From Selaginella moellendorffii (Eukaryota; Plantae; Lycopodiophyta), in the NCBI RefSeq assembly GCF_000143415.4, contig NW_003314517.1:1-18746 (forward strand): a stretch of 18,746 bases of DNA, written 5' to 3'. The stretch's first letter is position 1, and each line of letters starts with the position of its first letter. Shown here piece after piece: positions 9,445 through 18,746 of the stretch. The position numbers were made by a program, and so were the translations under genes. The notes under the pieces were generated by a model. That model saw only the letters and a list, made by a program, of their open reading frames with translations. It did no database searches and was not told the DNA's origin.

Positions 9445-9960
9445 GACTTGACCTTCCTGCTTGATTTCTTTAAAGCACCGCATGGCACAGACTACAAACA
9501 AAGATTTAAGACTGGTTTAAATTATGAAATCAAGATTTACCTTCAAAGTGCTTGCAAGAGCTACAATGCAGCCAACCACGGCCAACAGTAACTGCTTCTC
9601 GTCCGAAATAGAAGTTTCAGAAATAAACCATGCTAGGATGTTCAGGCTATGTACTTGTACAGGCGTAGTGCTATCTGGTATTAGTGTTAGTGACGACAAG
9701 TAAAACACTGAGCTTTCCAAAAGAAAAGAAACAGCATCGGGAGTATGCCCAAGGAGAATTAACAGTAAACTTCCCGGAAAGTTTTGCGAAAATAAGATAA
9801 ATACTATCACGAACCTGCAATAGAGAAGATTAGTATTTCTTCTCGATGGAATTTTATTATGTTGGAGTCCAAGAACGAGATGATCCTACACAATACAAGA
9901 AGTTTCCCCAGACGTAGATACTGGTCAGCACCGAACTGAGATACATAATCAACCTAAATT
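9445..9960 (-). pseudogene. Possible spliced exon remnants of an unidentified gene
   Basis: Several minus-strand GT-AG intron-like segments are present, e.g. TTGAAG|GTAAAT...TTTGTAG near 9540-9490 and CTAAC..ACCAG| near 9675. No protein family recognised. Confidence 0.25.
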
Positions 9961-10222
9961 ATGCACAGATGAAAAAAAATTCAAGAGTATCAGTGTTAGT
10001 TGCGATTGCTGACACTCCTCACAAAGAAATGGAACGTATTTCTTTAATAACTGCTCTGGGTTTCCTAGCTGGTTAATTTCTTGCGTTGGAAGTCACGAAG
10101 GCTCAACATTTTGGAGTTGTCAGATATCATAGCTGCTTCTAGCATTAAATCAGTTAGAATGTGATCCTGCACTGCAATTTATAGTTCACGTCGGTATACC
10201 ACACATCTTGAACAAAATAGCT

Positions 10223-10706
10223 CGGGAGATGCAACAGCGTGGTGTCCACGGCTGGCTTCTTGTAGGATCCATGCATCTCATCTCAAGTGGGCAGAGATCA
10301 AGTGGAAGCTGGAGAGCTATCCCAATTCTCGGGAGATGTGATGAAGAAAATGGTGGGATTGTTGATTTTTGTAGAGAGAATATCTGCACCTTTGTGAAAC
10401 GTTTTCCTACAGGCCTTTCGAATCCACGGAACCTGGAAGTCAAAACAAGAGAGTAGCTTCAGAACATTTAAAAGCTCACCCCTGCAAGTTCTGTTGTGGT
10501 ACAGAGTGAATGAGTTTCTTTTTGCCTATGGGAACCTCAAAGCCAATGCCAAGTACCTTTTTTGACAACTCTGCAAAATCATAGAAAGAAAGAAACAAAT
10601 GAAGAGAGAGAGAGAGAGAGAGAGAGAGGAATTGATCCATCAATTTTATCTGTCTAGGTTTCTAGTTTCTTCCATACCTTGAGGAACCAATTGTTAAATT
10701 CCATTG
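10223..10706 (-). repeat. Right arm of the long inverted repeat, inner part
   Basis: Reverse complement of about 4450-4895 with several indels. (AG)13 at 10603-10628 lies where the left arm has (AT)10(TC)5. Confidence 0.9.
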
Positions 10707-10708
10707 AG

Positions 10709-10793
10709 TACTACTCCTCTTTTTAAATAATTTGTTGTGCTATTTAAAATATACTACTCCTCTTTTTAAATTTCTTTTGTGCTATCTAAAATA
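10709..10793. repeat. Two-copy tandem repeat, about 43-bp unit
   Basis: TACTACTCCTCTTTTTAAAT...TTGTGCTAT.TAAAATA starts at 10709 and 10752. Confidence 0.85.
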
Positions 10794-10803
10794 TATCACA
10801 ATG

Positions 10804-10978
10804 TGTGAGGGCCAAGTGTACAGTTATGATGCCGTATACTAATATTAGCATAGTGGGATTTTGGTAGCCATCGGATTGGTTTTAATTTGGACCACTCGCT
10901 CCAGTATATAAGCTAGGGTTTTTGGGCTAATTGATATGCACATTTCTGTATTCCCTTTCCATATTCTAAGCACTCACA
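10804..10978 (+). repeat. 5' LTR (175 bp)
   Basis: Starts TGTGAG, ends CTCACA; contains TATATAA; about 11 substitutions and no indels versus the 3' LTR (counted by eye). Confidence 0.96.
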
Positions 10979-10979
10979 T

Positions 10980-10999
10980 TGGTGGAGGTAAGGGGCATC
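10980..10999 (+). promoter_or_regulatory. Primer-binding site resembling the complement of a tRNA-Ala 3' end
   Basis: TGGTGGAGGTAAGGGGCATC starts 1 nt after the LTR. Its reverse complement ends ...CTCCACCA, as tRNA-Ala acceptor ends do. Confidence 0.7.
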
Positions 11000-11211
11000 T
11001 TTGATTGTCCCTAAGGAGTGCTTGGATTTGGGATTTTGGTTTAGATCTAGCTTTTGCATCGTCTAGATCTAGCTTTTTCCATTTCCTGTCTTTTGTTCTT
11101 TCTATTCAGGGTTTTGGTTTAGATTTAGCTTTTTGCGTTATTTAGATCTACCATTTCCTTCTAGCTTTTTGTCATTTCTCTTCTTTTGCTCTTTCTTTTT
11201 CGTTCATCTTC

Positions 11212-12144
11212 ATGGCAAATCAGCAATCTCCTCCTTTGACTCTAGAGCAGCAATTGGTACAATTGCTTGATGCTATGCGCTTGCAGTTGAACAACCAAAC
11301 TCAGTTGATGGCGGCATTCACGGCACGTGGTACAACTCCTCTTGCTCTTGGTGCCAATCCTCGCGTTCGGCCGGAGTTCTTTTGCGGGAATCCTGGGGAT
11401 GATGTGTACCATTGGTTCGATCACTTCACGGTGATTGCCACATATCATTCTTGGGATGATGCTCGATGGTTGCGTGAGTTTCCCATGTGTCTCCAAGGGA
11501 TGGCGTTGCAGTAGTACAATGGTTTGAGCACAGCCACTCGTGGGGATTGGAGTGTTCTCCCGGACGTCTTCAAACGCGCCTTCGGACATGCCGATGATTG
11601 TGATGATACTTTCCAACAATTGCATTGTCTTTGCCAAGGGCCATCTGAGTCGGTGATGCAATTTGGCGTTCGTTTCCGAAGTCTTTTGCTTCATGCGGAG
11701 CCAAATATGTCGGAGCGGATCAAGCTAGGAATGTTGTGGCCAGCACTTCGTCAAGATCTTGTCGGCCTTATGCATGCACTTGCTCCTGCCACCCTTGACA
11801 ATGCTCTTCACTTGGCACAATGTTATGAGATGTTGCCTCTTCCACTTCTCGCTGCACGTCCTTCCGCTCCACTTCCTATGAGTGATGGTCCTGTTCCAAT
11901 GGAGGTTGATGCTGCTACTGCTCGAGTCCAAGGACAAGCGCGAGGACATGGTCGTGGCTGTGATGTTCGCTACTGGGTGTGTGATAAAGTTGGTCATACT
12001 TATCGGCATTGCCGTCGTTTTCCGGATTGGCGACCTCCATTTCCTAGGTGGAGACCTTGGCGTCAGCAACATCCCGTGGGTGCTGCTGCAGTGGAAGGTC
12101 TGGACACCGAGATGCATCCGGGAAACGAGGAGTCGCGCGAGTAA
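11212..12144 (+). pseudogene. gag: gag of the gypsy element (one premature stop)
   Basis: ORFs 11212-11514 and 11524-12144 share a frame, split by TAG in place of Trp (LQG.ALQW). Also LCQGPSESV..F, PVPMEVD, and the zinc knuckle YWVCDKVGHTYRHC (first Cys lost). Confidence 0.9.
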
Positions 12145-12181
12145 CGGAGGGACCTTGCGCAAATAAATCAGTGACCCCTCC
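12120..12181 (+). promoter_or_regulatory. -1 programmed ribosomal frameshift signal: slippery heptamer G GGA AAC plus H-type pseudoknot
   Basis: GGGAAAC at 12120-12126 is phased X XXY YYZ in the gag frame, and pol is in the -1 frame. After an 8-nt spacer, stem 1 is GCGCGAG (12135-12141)/CTTGCGC (12154-12160) and stem 2 is GGAGGG (12146-12151)/CCCTCC (12176-12181). Confidence 0.8.
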
Positions 12182-15100
12182 ATCTTTCTTTCGGGAGTAC
12201 CATCAAGGGGTTCACTCGGCACCAGTTCATCCAGTGTTTACTTTCCAAGTTCGTTTTTATAACCAGAGGTCTCCTATTATTCTCTCCGTGTTGGTTGATA
12301 TAAGTTCGAGTTTATCTTCTATTGCTCGACCTGTTGCCACACGTTGTCGTCTACACTTGCGTCGTGCGGCGGAACCATTTTTCATTCTTTATGGCAACGG
12401 CTGTACACATGCATGTGCACAGGATGAGGTGGACCTAGTTGTGCGTGTGAGCGATCTTGAGCTTGAGTTGCAGTCGTTGCGGGTGGTGCCAAGTCAAGCT
12501 TTTGACCTCATTCTTGGTATGGATTGGTTGCAGCGCAATCATGCCAAGTGTGACTTTGAGGCTTCTCCCCTTGTCTTATACTTCTTTATGTTTCATCCAT
12601 TCCTCTCACTTCCATACCTCTTCGTCCCTCTACTTCTACCTCTACTTCCATTACTTTTGTTCCCCCACTCTTTCCTTTTGTGTTTCCATCTTGTTCTGCT
12701 TTTCCCTTTTCCGATCCCTCCGACGATCTTTTGTTGCAGCAGTTGACCGGCTCATGAAGGAGTATTCTGATCTATTTGAATTTGACCTATCGTCTGGGGC
12801 CAAGATTGCCACATGTCATCCGATTCCAACTGGGGATGCTCGTCCAATCAAGGTTCCTGTTTGTCGTTGGTCACCTAAGGAGATCAAGATTTTACGAGCA
12901 AACGTCAAGGAAATGCTAGAGAAAGGTGTTATTCGGAAGTCGCGGAGTCCTTGGGCGAACCTCATCTTGTGACGAAGCCTGATGGGAGTATTCGTTTCTG
13001 CATCGACTATCGTCTGTTAAACGAAGTGACGATCCCAGATGTGTATCCTCTTCCTCATACTGCTGATCTCTTGGATCGTCTGGGGTGAAGTCGTTGGTTC
13101 ACCAAGCTAGATCTTCCTTCTGGGTATTGGCAAGTACCAATGGCTGAAGAAGATATTCCTAAGATTGCTTTTCGTACACCATTTGGTTTGTATGAGTTCT
13201 TGGTGATGCCGTTTGGTTTGAACAATGCTCCAGCAACTTTCCTATGGATGATGGACGAGGTTCTTTGCGATATGCCGGAGGTGACTGCTGACTTCATTGA
13301 TGATGTCTTGATCCACTCGGAGGGGACGTGGGAGGAGCACGTTCGTGATGTTTGTAAAGTGTTGGATCGGCTACACGACGTTGGTTTAAAGCTGAAGCGG
13401 TCAAAGTACGTGTTTGGGTCCAAGGACACAACTTATCTTGGGTACCGTATTTCTCGTGAGGGTTTGCAAGTTGATCCTGACAAAATTGTGGCTGTTCTAA
13501 AGTTCCCTACTCCGAAGTGTGTGAATGATGTGCAACGCTTTTTGGGTAAGGTGCAGTATCTTGGTCGTTTTGTGGATCATCTTTCCGATCGCACTACACC
13601 ATTGCGAGCGTTGCTGAAGTCATCCATGTCATCTTTCATCTGGTCTTCGGATTGTGAGCGGGCGTTCATGGATCTCAAAGAGCTATTGACGACTCCTCCG
13701 GTTTTGGCGTATCCTGACTACACTTGACCTTTTATTTTGCACGTGGATGCTTCTGACATTGGTCTTAGAGGTGTGTTGATGCAAGAGAGCTCAAGTGTGC
13801 CTGGTCAGCGCCATCCCATTGCATATATAAGCTGTACATTACAACCAGCGGAGATGAACTACTCCACGACGGAGAAGGAGTGTTTAGCAGCAGTCTGGGG
13901 TTTTGAGAAACTTCATGCATATCTACATGGTTCTCGGACGTTACTTGAAGGTGACCATGCTACTGTTACTTCATTATTGAAGCGGAAGAACCTGGTTGGT
14001 CATACGGCTTGATGGGCTTTGAAGCTTCAGATATATGATTTTGATGTTGTTCATCGCCCAGGGAGTTCTATGGCTGATGTTGATGCCCTTTCTCGAGCTC
14101 CTCTTCCTTCTCCACTCACTTCTCATGTTTCTGATGAACCTGTTGTTCCAGCATCTGTGGATTTTCTAGATGAGGATTCTGTGCCGTCGGCGGTTACTGT
14201 CCTTGACGTTCAGTGTCCACAGGGCGCAGAGCAAGATCTACCTTATCTTGATGAGGTTCGCGAGGCTCAAAAGATTAAGCCGTGGATTCGAAGGCTTTGA
14301 GATGGGTTTGAAAATCCTGCATCACTTGCTGATGACTTGCCTTTCCAGCATTTACATTCTCAATATTGCCTTGAAGATGGCCTTCTTTATTTTGTGGGGA
14401 CGGATCCTGATGATCATTTACGGCTGGTGGTGCCTTCGGTGTTTATTCCGCGGTTTCTCCATGCCTACCATGATTCTCCTGTTCTTGGTGGGCATATGGG
14501 ACACCGTCGTGTCACCGAGAAGCTGCGCAGGTCTTTCTATTGGCCGGAGATGCGACATGATATTATCCGGTATGTGCGTAACTACGTTTGGTGCCAAGCT
14601 CGTAATACTCCCCCTCGTGCTACAGAAGGATGGTTGGAGTCAATTGCGGTTTCCCGTCTGTTTGAGTTAGTGGCGTTTGATCTTATGGGACCTTTTCCAT
14701 GGTCGACTGTTGGCAATGAGTATGTTATTATTGCTTCTGACTACTTAACTCATTGGGTGGAAGTTGGTGCTCTTGCTAGCGCCTCTACAACTGCTATTGG
14801 ATACTTCCTTCTCAATCGAGTGGTGTTCCAGCATTTTTGTCTAGAGTAGATTCTTTCAGATAATGGTCCCGCATTTATGGCTGAGATATTTCATGTTTTG
14901 ACATCTCGGTTGGGGATACGCCACACTCTTACGAGTGCTTATCATCCACAATCAGACGGTTTGGTGGAACGGCTTGTTCGGACATTCAAAGGGATGATTG
15001 CGAAGTATGTGAACTTTCAGCATTCGGATTGGGATGGTTATTTGCCGTCTCTTCGGTATGCATATGTTACAGGGGTGCAGAGTTCTGTTGGTGCTTCACC

Positions 15101-15509
15101 ATATAAACTTCTATATGGTCATGATCCAATATTACCAACGGAGCTGGGTTTACCTTCGCGATTGCCACGAGCTGCCGATGCTAGATCATGGGATCAGTAT
15201 TTGACGAGCATTCTTCCACTTGTTCGAGCAGAGTTTGCCGAACACTTAGGCCGCGTACAAGTGGGACAACAATGGTGCTACAACTCCCATCATCGTCCAC
15301 CTGCGGAGTACAAAGTGGATGATTTGGTGTTAGTCCGTTTTCCCCATCTTATGGTACATGGTTTATCTAAGAGGCTTCTTGTGCAATGGAAAGGACCGTA
15401 TCGAGTGTTGCGGCAAGTTGGACCACAAGTTTATGAGGTTCGGCATGATGTTCAGCAGGCCGATCCTCCAGAGATTGTGCATGTGCAGCGGCTGAAACGC
15501 TTCGTATAA
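12120..15509 (+). pseudogene. pol: pol of the gypsy element: protease, reverse transcriptase, RNase H, integrase with GPY/F motif; two frameshifts and five premature stops
   Basis: PR: VLVDISSS (decayed DS/TG) and DLILGMDWL. RT: RFCIDYR, MPFGLNNAPATF, FIDDVLIHS. RH: VDASDIG, YSTTEKE, DALSR. IN: HDSP..GH, FDLMGP, SDNG, GLVERL, WKGPYRV. Stops at 13086, 13725, 14010, 14298 and 14847. No chromodomain. Confidence 0.95.
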
Positions 15510-15619
15510 AGGGATCAGGAGGAGTTAATACCACCTACAGATCCACCGATGCCTCCTCCTGACGTTCCTCCAGATCCCGGCCCATCTTCAAGAGAACCCT
15601 GATGGTCTTCCATTATCCC

Positions 15620-15634
15620 GAGGGGATGGGATGA
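15620..15634 (+). promoter_or_regulatory. Polypurine tract
   Basis: GAGGGGATGGGATGA directly before the 3' LTR. Confidence 0.8.
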
Positions 15635-15809
15635 TGTGAGGGCCAAGTGTACGGTTACGATGCCATATACTAATATTAGCGTAGTGGGATTTTGGTAGCC
15701 GTCGGATTGGTTTTAATCTGGACCATTTGCTCTTGTATATAAGCTAGGGTTTTTGGGCTAATTGATATGCACATTTCTGTATTCCCTTTCCATATTCCAA
15801 GCACTCACA
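15635..15809 (+). repeat. 3' LTR (175 bp)
   Basis: Colinear with 10804-10978 and has the same termini. Confidence 0.96.
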
Positions 15810-15816
15810 AATGTAT

Positions 15817-16082
15817 ATTCTAATATATTTCTTAACATACTTGAATGCTAAGAATAACAACTAATGAGACTCGGCATTTGTTTAAATTGAGGCATTTGCA
15901 TACCATTGAATATTAATGTTAATTGCTAGCTGTTGCACACCAGGACAAATGGCAAGGAATGGTGTCCCCACTAGTTTCTAGTTTTTAAATAGCTAGAACA
16001 ATATTTAACTCTCTTAAGTTCTTTCATGTTTAACTATCAGGCCATCAATCTTAGATAGCTAGATTTTGTGCCCTCTATATTA
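15817..16082 (-). repeat. Right arm of the long inverted repeat, outer part, resuming after the gypsy insertion
   Basis: CATACTTGAATGCTAAGAATAACAA matches the reverse complement of about 4413-4438. AAATAGCTAGAACAAT...GATTTTGTGCCCTCTA matches the reverse complement of 4271-4372. Confidence 0.85.
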
Positions 16083-16745
16083 CAACTAGCCATTATGTAA
16101 TCTTTTCAAGTTCATCATTTCCAAGGGATCCAAGTGATTAACTATAATTGAAAAAAAAAATATCAGAGACATATTTTCTTATAATTTAGAGAAAATTTAT
16201 TTAATATTATTATCATAAATTTATAGTACTGAAATTAGAATGCTACATCAGCTAGACCAAGAGACAGCTATATAATGAATAATGATGTAAGAAACATTAA
16301 TTTTTAAGTTACTCTAATATTAAGTTTACTTCCTTATTTATATTATATTACATCTAGATTAGAAAAAAAATTTATTAACTTACAAAAACTCCTTTAAATC
16401 AAGCATAACCTACAATATAAAGAAATTATGAAATATTTTAAATGGGTTTATACCCAGCATTGTTTATAGAAAAAGATGAATAATTAAATATCTTGCTTAA
16501 TTTTGTATTGAAATGCATTCAATATTATAATTTTAGTTGAAGACTTTAATATTTGTTGGGACACTCTCTAATATAAGTATGAAACTTTATCCCAAAAAAC
16601 ACAAAGTTTCAAACTCTTTTGTTTTTCCAAAGAAAATATCAAAAACTTTTACACATAGACGGTTTCCATACTAGGACATGATCAGGCCAAACATATCCAA
16701 TAGTACCAGATCCAACACTTGGAATCCTCTGCAGGAAAAACACAA

Positions 16746-17060
16746 TGTTGTGAGCAAGCAAGACAAGAATATGGGAATCATAAAGCCCGAGAATAGATTG
16801 AAGACCGATTAAAGTAAATAACATGATGAAGAAGCAAGAACTTTCACAATAACACAAGGTTACGCAGCAGTTTAGATAGTCTCTTTATAAATGATTTCAC
16901 TTTTCTGAGCTAAGTGTACTTTTGAGGTAGAGAATTATGGCACAGCCAAGATGAGGGAGTACTAGGATATCCTTAAGGAAAGCAAGCACCGCTCACATCA
17001 CTAATGCCTCCAACTTAAAAAGATAGTCCATACTCATATAATAGTGCTTTAGTCACCGGA
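16746..17060 (-). repeat. Possible 3' LTR of the chromovirus element
   Basis: Lies directly downstream of the pol end, contains TTTATAAA, and ends in ...CTCACAACA on the minus strand at 16746. There is no partner LTR in the window and no clean PPT. Confidence 0.3.
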
Positions 17061-18746
17061 CTACGATCCTTCTTGGGCGTCGAGGGATAAGAGATGGGGA
17101 ATGAAAAGAATGAGGACTAAAATGAGAAGGATAGCGGCAGTGAAAGTCATGAATAAGGTCAGGAGAATGAATTAAGTGGTCTGCAGGTTCCCAAGTGCAT
17201 TCCTTAAGTTCATAACCCTTCTAATCTACCAGATAATAGAGTTTAGACCGTGAGATTTTGGAATCAAGGATGTCCTGAACCTTGTACTTAGACCCATCTT
17301 CAAGCTGCACTGGGGAGGTGGAGGAATGACCCGATTTGGAATAGGACTGGGAATGTAAGGCTCAAGGAGAGAGGAGTGAAAAACGGGGTGAATTTGATAT
17401 GAGGAGGGAAGTGCAAGGCGATAAATGACAGGATTAATGATGGCAGTGATAAGGAAAGGACCAAGGCATTTGAAATCGAGTTTGGGACATAGCCTGGTGG
17501 TGGAGATATTTCACCTAAGGATATCCCCGATATTGTAAAAGGGACAATCCTGACGATGGACATTGGTGAGTGTTTTGTGAGATTCTTGAGCACGATGAAG
17601 GTGGAAGGAGATGGAGTTATGGATTTCCTAGAGGTTAGAGATAAATGCCTCAAAGTGGGGATTTGAACGAGAGGATTCGGATAGAGAAGGAAGTGAGAGA
17701 TTAAATCAGGGATTTCAGCCAGAGTTTGTAAAGAAGGGGGAAACTTGAAGGGAGGAGTGAATGGAGTTGTTATAGGAGAACTCAGCAAGGGGAAGGATAT
17801 TGAACCAGTCATTATGATGATAGTTGATGAAACACCTCAGGAATTGTTCCAATGTCTAAATCGTTCACTCGGACTGTCCATCAGTTTGAGGATGATATGC
17901 TGAAGAGAGGTTGGCCTTCACTCCAAGAAGCTGCAGGAACTGTTGCCAAAAATGAGAGATGAATTGAGGTCCTGGATCCGAAACTACATCTACAAGAATC
18001 CCATGAAGTCGGAAAATTTCCTTGAATACCAGTTTTGCCATGTCCTCGCCTAAAAGCTCCTTGGTACACGGCAGGAAGTGTGCCATCTTTGTGAAGCGAT
18101 CCACCACGACTAAAATGTTGTTGAAGCTTCCAGAACTTGGAAGATCACTCAAGAAATCCATTGAGATGGATTCCCAAGGACCTGAAGGGACTAGGAAGGA
18201 ATGAAGCAAACCTAAAGGAAAGTGGCAAGGTACCTTATTCCAGGCACAAGTGTCACAAGAAGTAACAAAAGCTTTGATGTAATTGTCCATGTGAGGCCAC
18301 CAAAAGTCCCGTGCAACCAGCTCATAGGTTTTCGCAATGCCAAAGTGACCAGCAATTGGGCTATCATGGCATGCCATCAGGACCAACCTTCGAGCATCAC
18401 CTTTAGCAATGTAAATCTGCTCCCCACGGTACAACAAACCATCTAAAAACTCGAATTTGTCAAATCGCCGGCAATCGGGAGTCATTGGATGTCCAGCCTA
18501 AAGATGGGGGAAAATGTCACTGGCGAGGTCATCAGATTGAAGATCATTTCTGATCACGTCCATCAAGGAGGAGTCCTGAGGGGCCAGGGAAATTGCCATA
18601 ACTTGAAGAAGATCAGGACCAAGGATAACTTGATCCTGTTGATTGAAAGCAGGATTACCAGGCCTGAGACTGAGATAGGAGTGCCTTGAAAGAGCATCAG
18701 GAAGGCCCTGAAGCTTTCTAGGTTTGTACTTGATAACAAATTCAAA
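17053..18746 (-). mobile_element. pol: 3' part of a degenerate chromovirus-type Ty3/gypsy element: RNase H end, integrase, chromodomain; continues beyond the right edge
   Basis: From 18746: FEFVIKYKP...PDALSR (RNase H end), in frame with HDSPIAGHFG..CDTC..PWESISMDF..VSD.G..HPQTDGQSE*TI*TLEQFLRCF..LPLAEFSYNNS. Chromodomain [24 protein letters not shown]...TWEP at about 17286-17185. Many stops and at least one frameshift. Confidence 0.92.

Larger units (their letters stand above)
10804..15809 (+). mobile_element. Full-length, degenerate Ty3/gypsy LTR retrotransposon (non-chromovirus), 5006 bp, 4-bp TSD AATG
   Basis: Paired 175-bp LTRs with TGTGAG...CTCACA termini. AATG at 10800-10803 and 15810-15813. 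PBS and PPT present. Domain order is gag-PR-RT-RH-IN. Confidence 0.96.

Noticed and set aside
10709-10793. Short direct repeats considered as a CRISPR-like array
   Set aside because: Only two adjacent units, no unique spacers, and a eukaryotic context.
16639-16857. 72-aa minus-strand ORF with an acceptor-like TTCCTGCAG
   Set aside because: No recognisable domain, and it overlaps the putative LTR end.
17300-17812. 170-aa minus-strand ORF suggesting an extra gene in the chromovirus
   Set aside because: It is largely an off-frame reading of the integrase C-terminal region; the true frame (DWFNILPLAEFSYNNS...) carries stops.

Overview
Plant nuclear DNA. Introns of about 47-70 nt, a PLS-type PPR fragment and tight gene packing suggest a compact non-seed plant genome such as Selaginella; this is an inference. 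From left to right: (1) a decayed, probably Mutator-related transposase N-terminus with a Cys/His-rich GCM-like domain (- strand), an assembly gap, GC-rich repeats, and a decayed multi-exon gene with a ParB/Srx-like IIDGNHR motif facing the other way; (2) a long diverged inverted repeat of about 630 bp per arm (4266-4895 versus 10223-10706 plus 15817-16082); (3) between the arms, an apparently intact 7-exon, 357-aa stand-alone GCN2/eIF2alpha-kinase-like gene head-to-head with an intronless FCP1/SCP-type HAD phosphatase, then an in-frame PPR::2OG-dioxygenase chimera; (4) a complete but stop-riddled 5.0-kb Ty3/gypsy element inserted in the right arm, with 175-bp LTRs, a 4-bp TSD, a tRNA-Ala-like PBS and an intact -1 frameshift signal (G GGA AAC plus H-type pseudoknot); (5) the 3' part of a decayed chromovirus-type gypsy element on the - strand. 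All alignments, translations and counts were done by eye.
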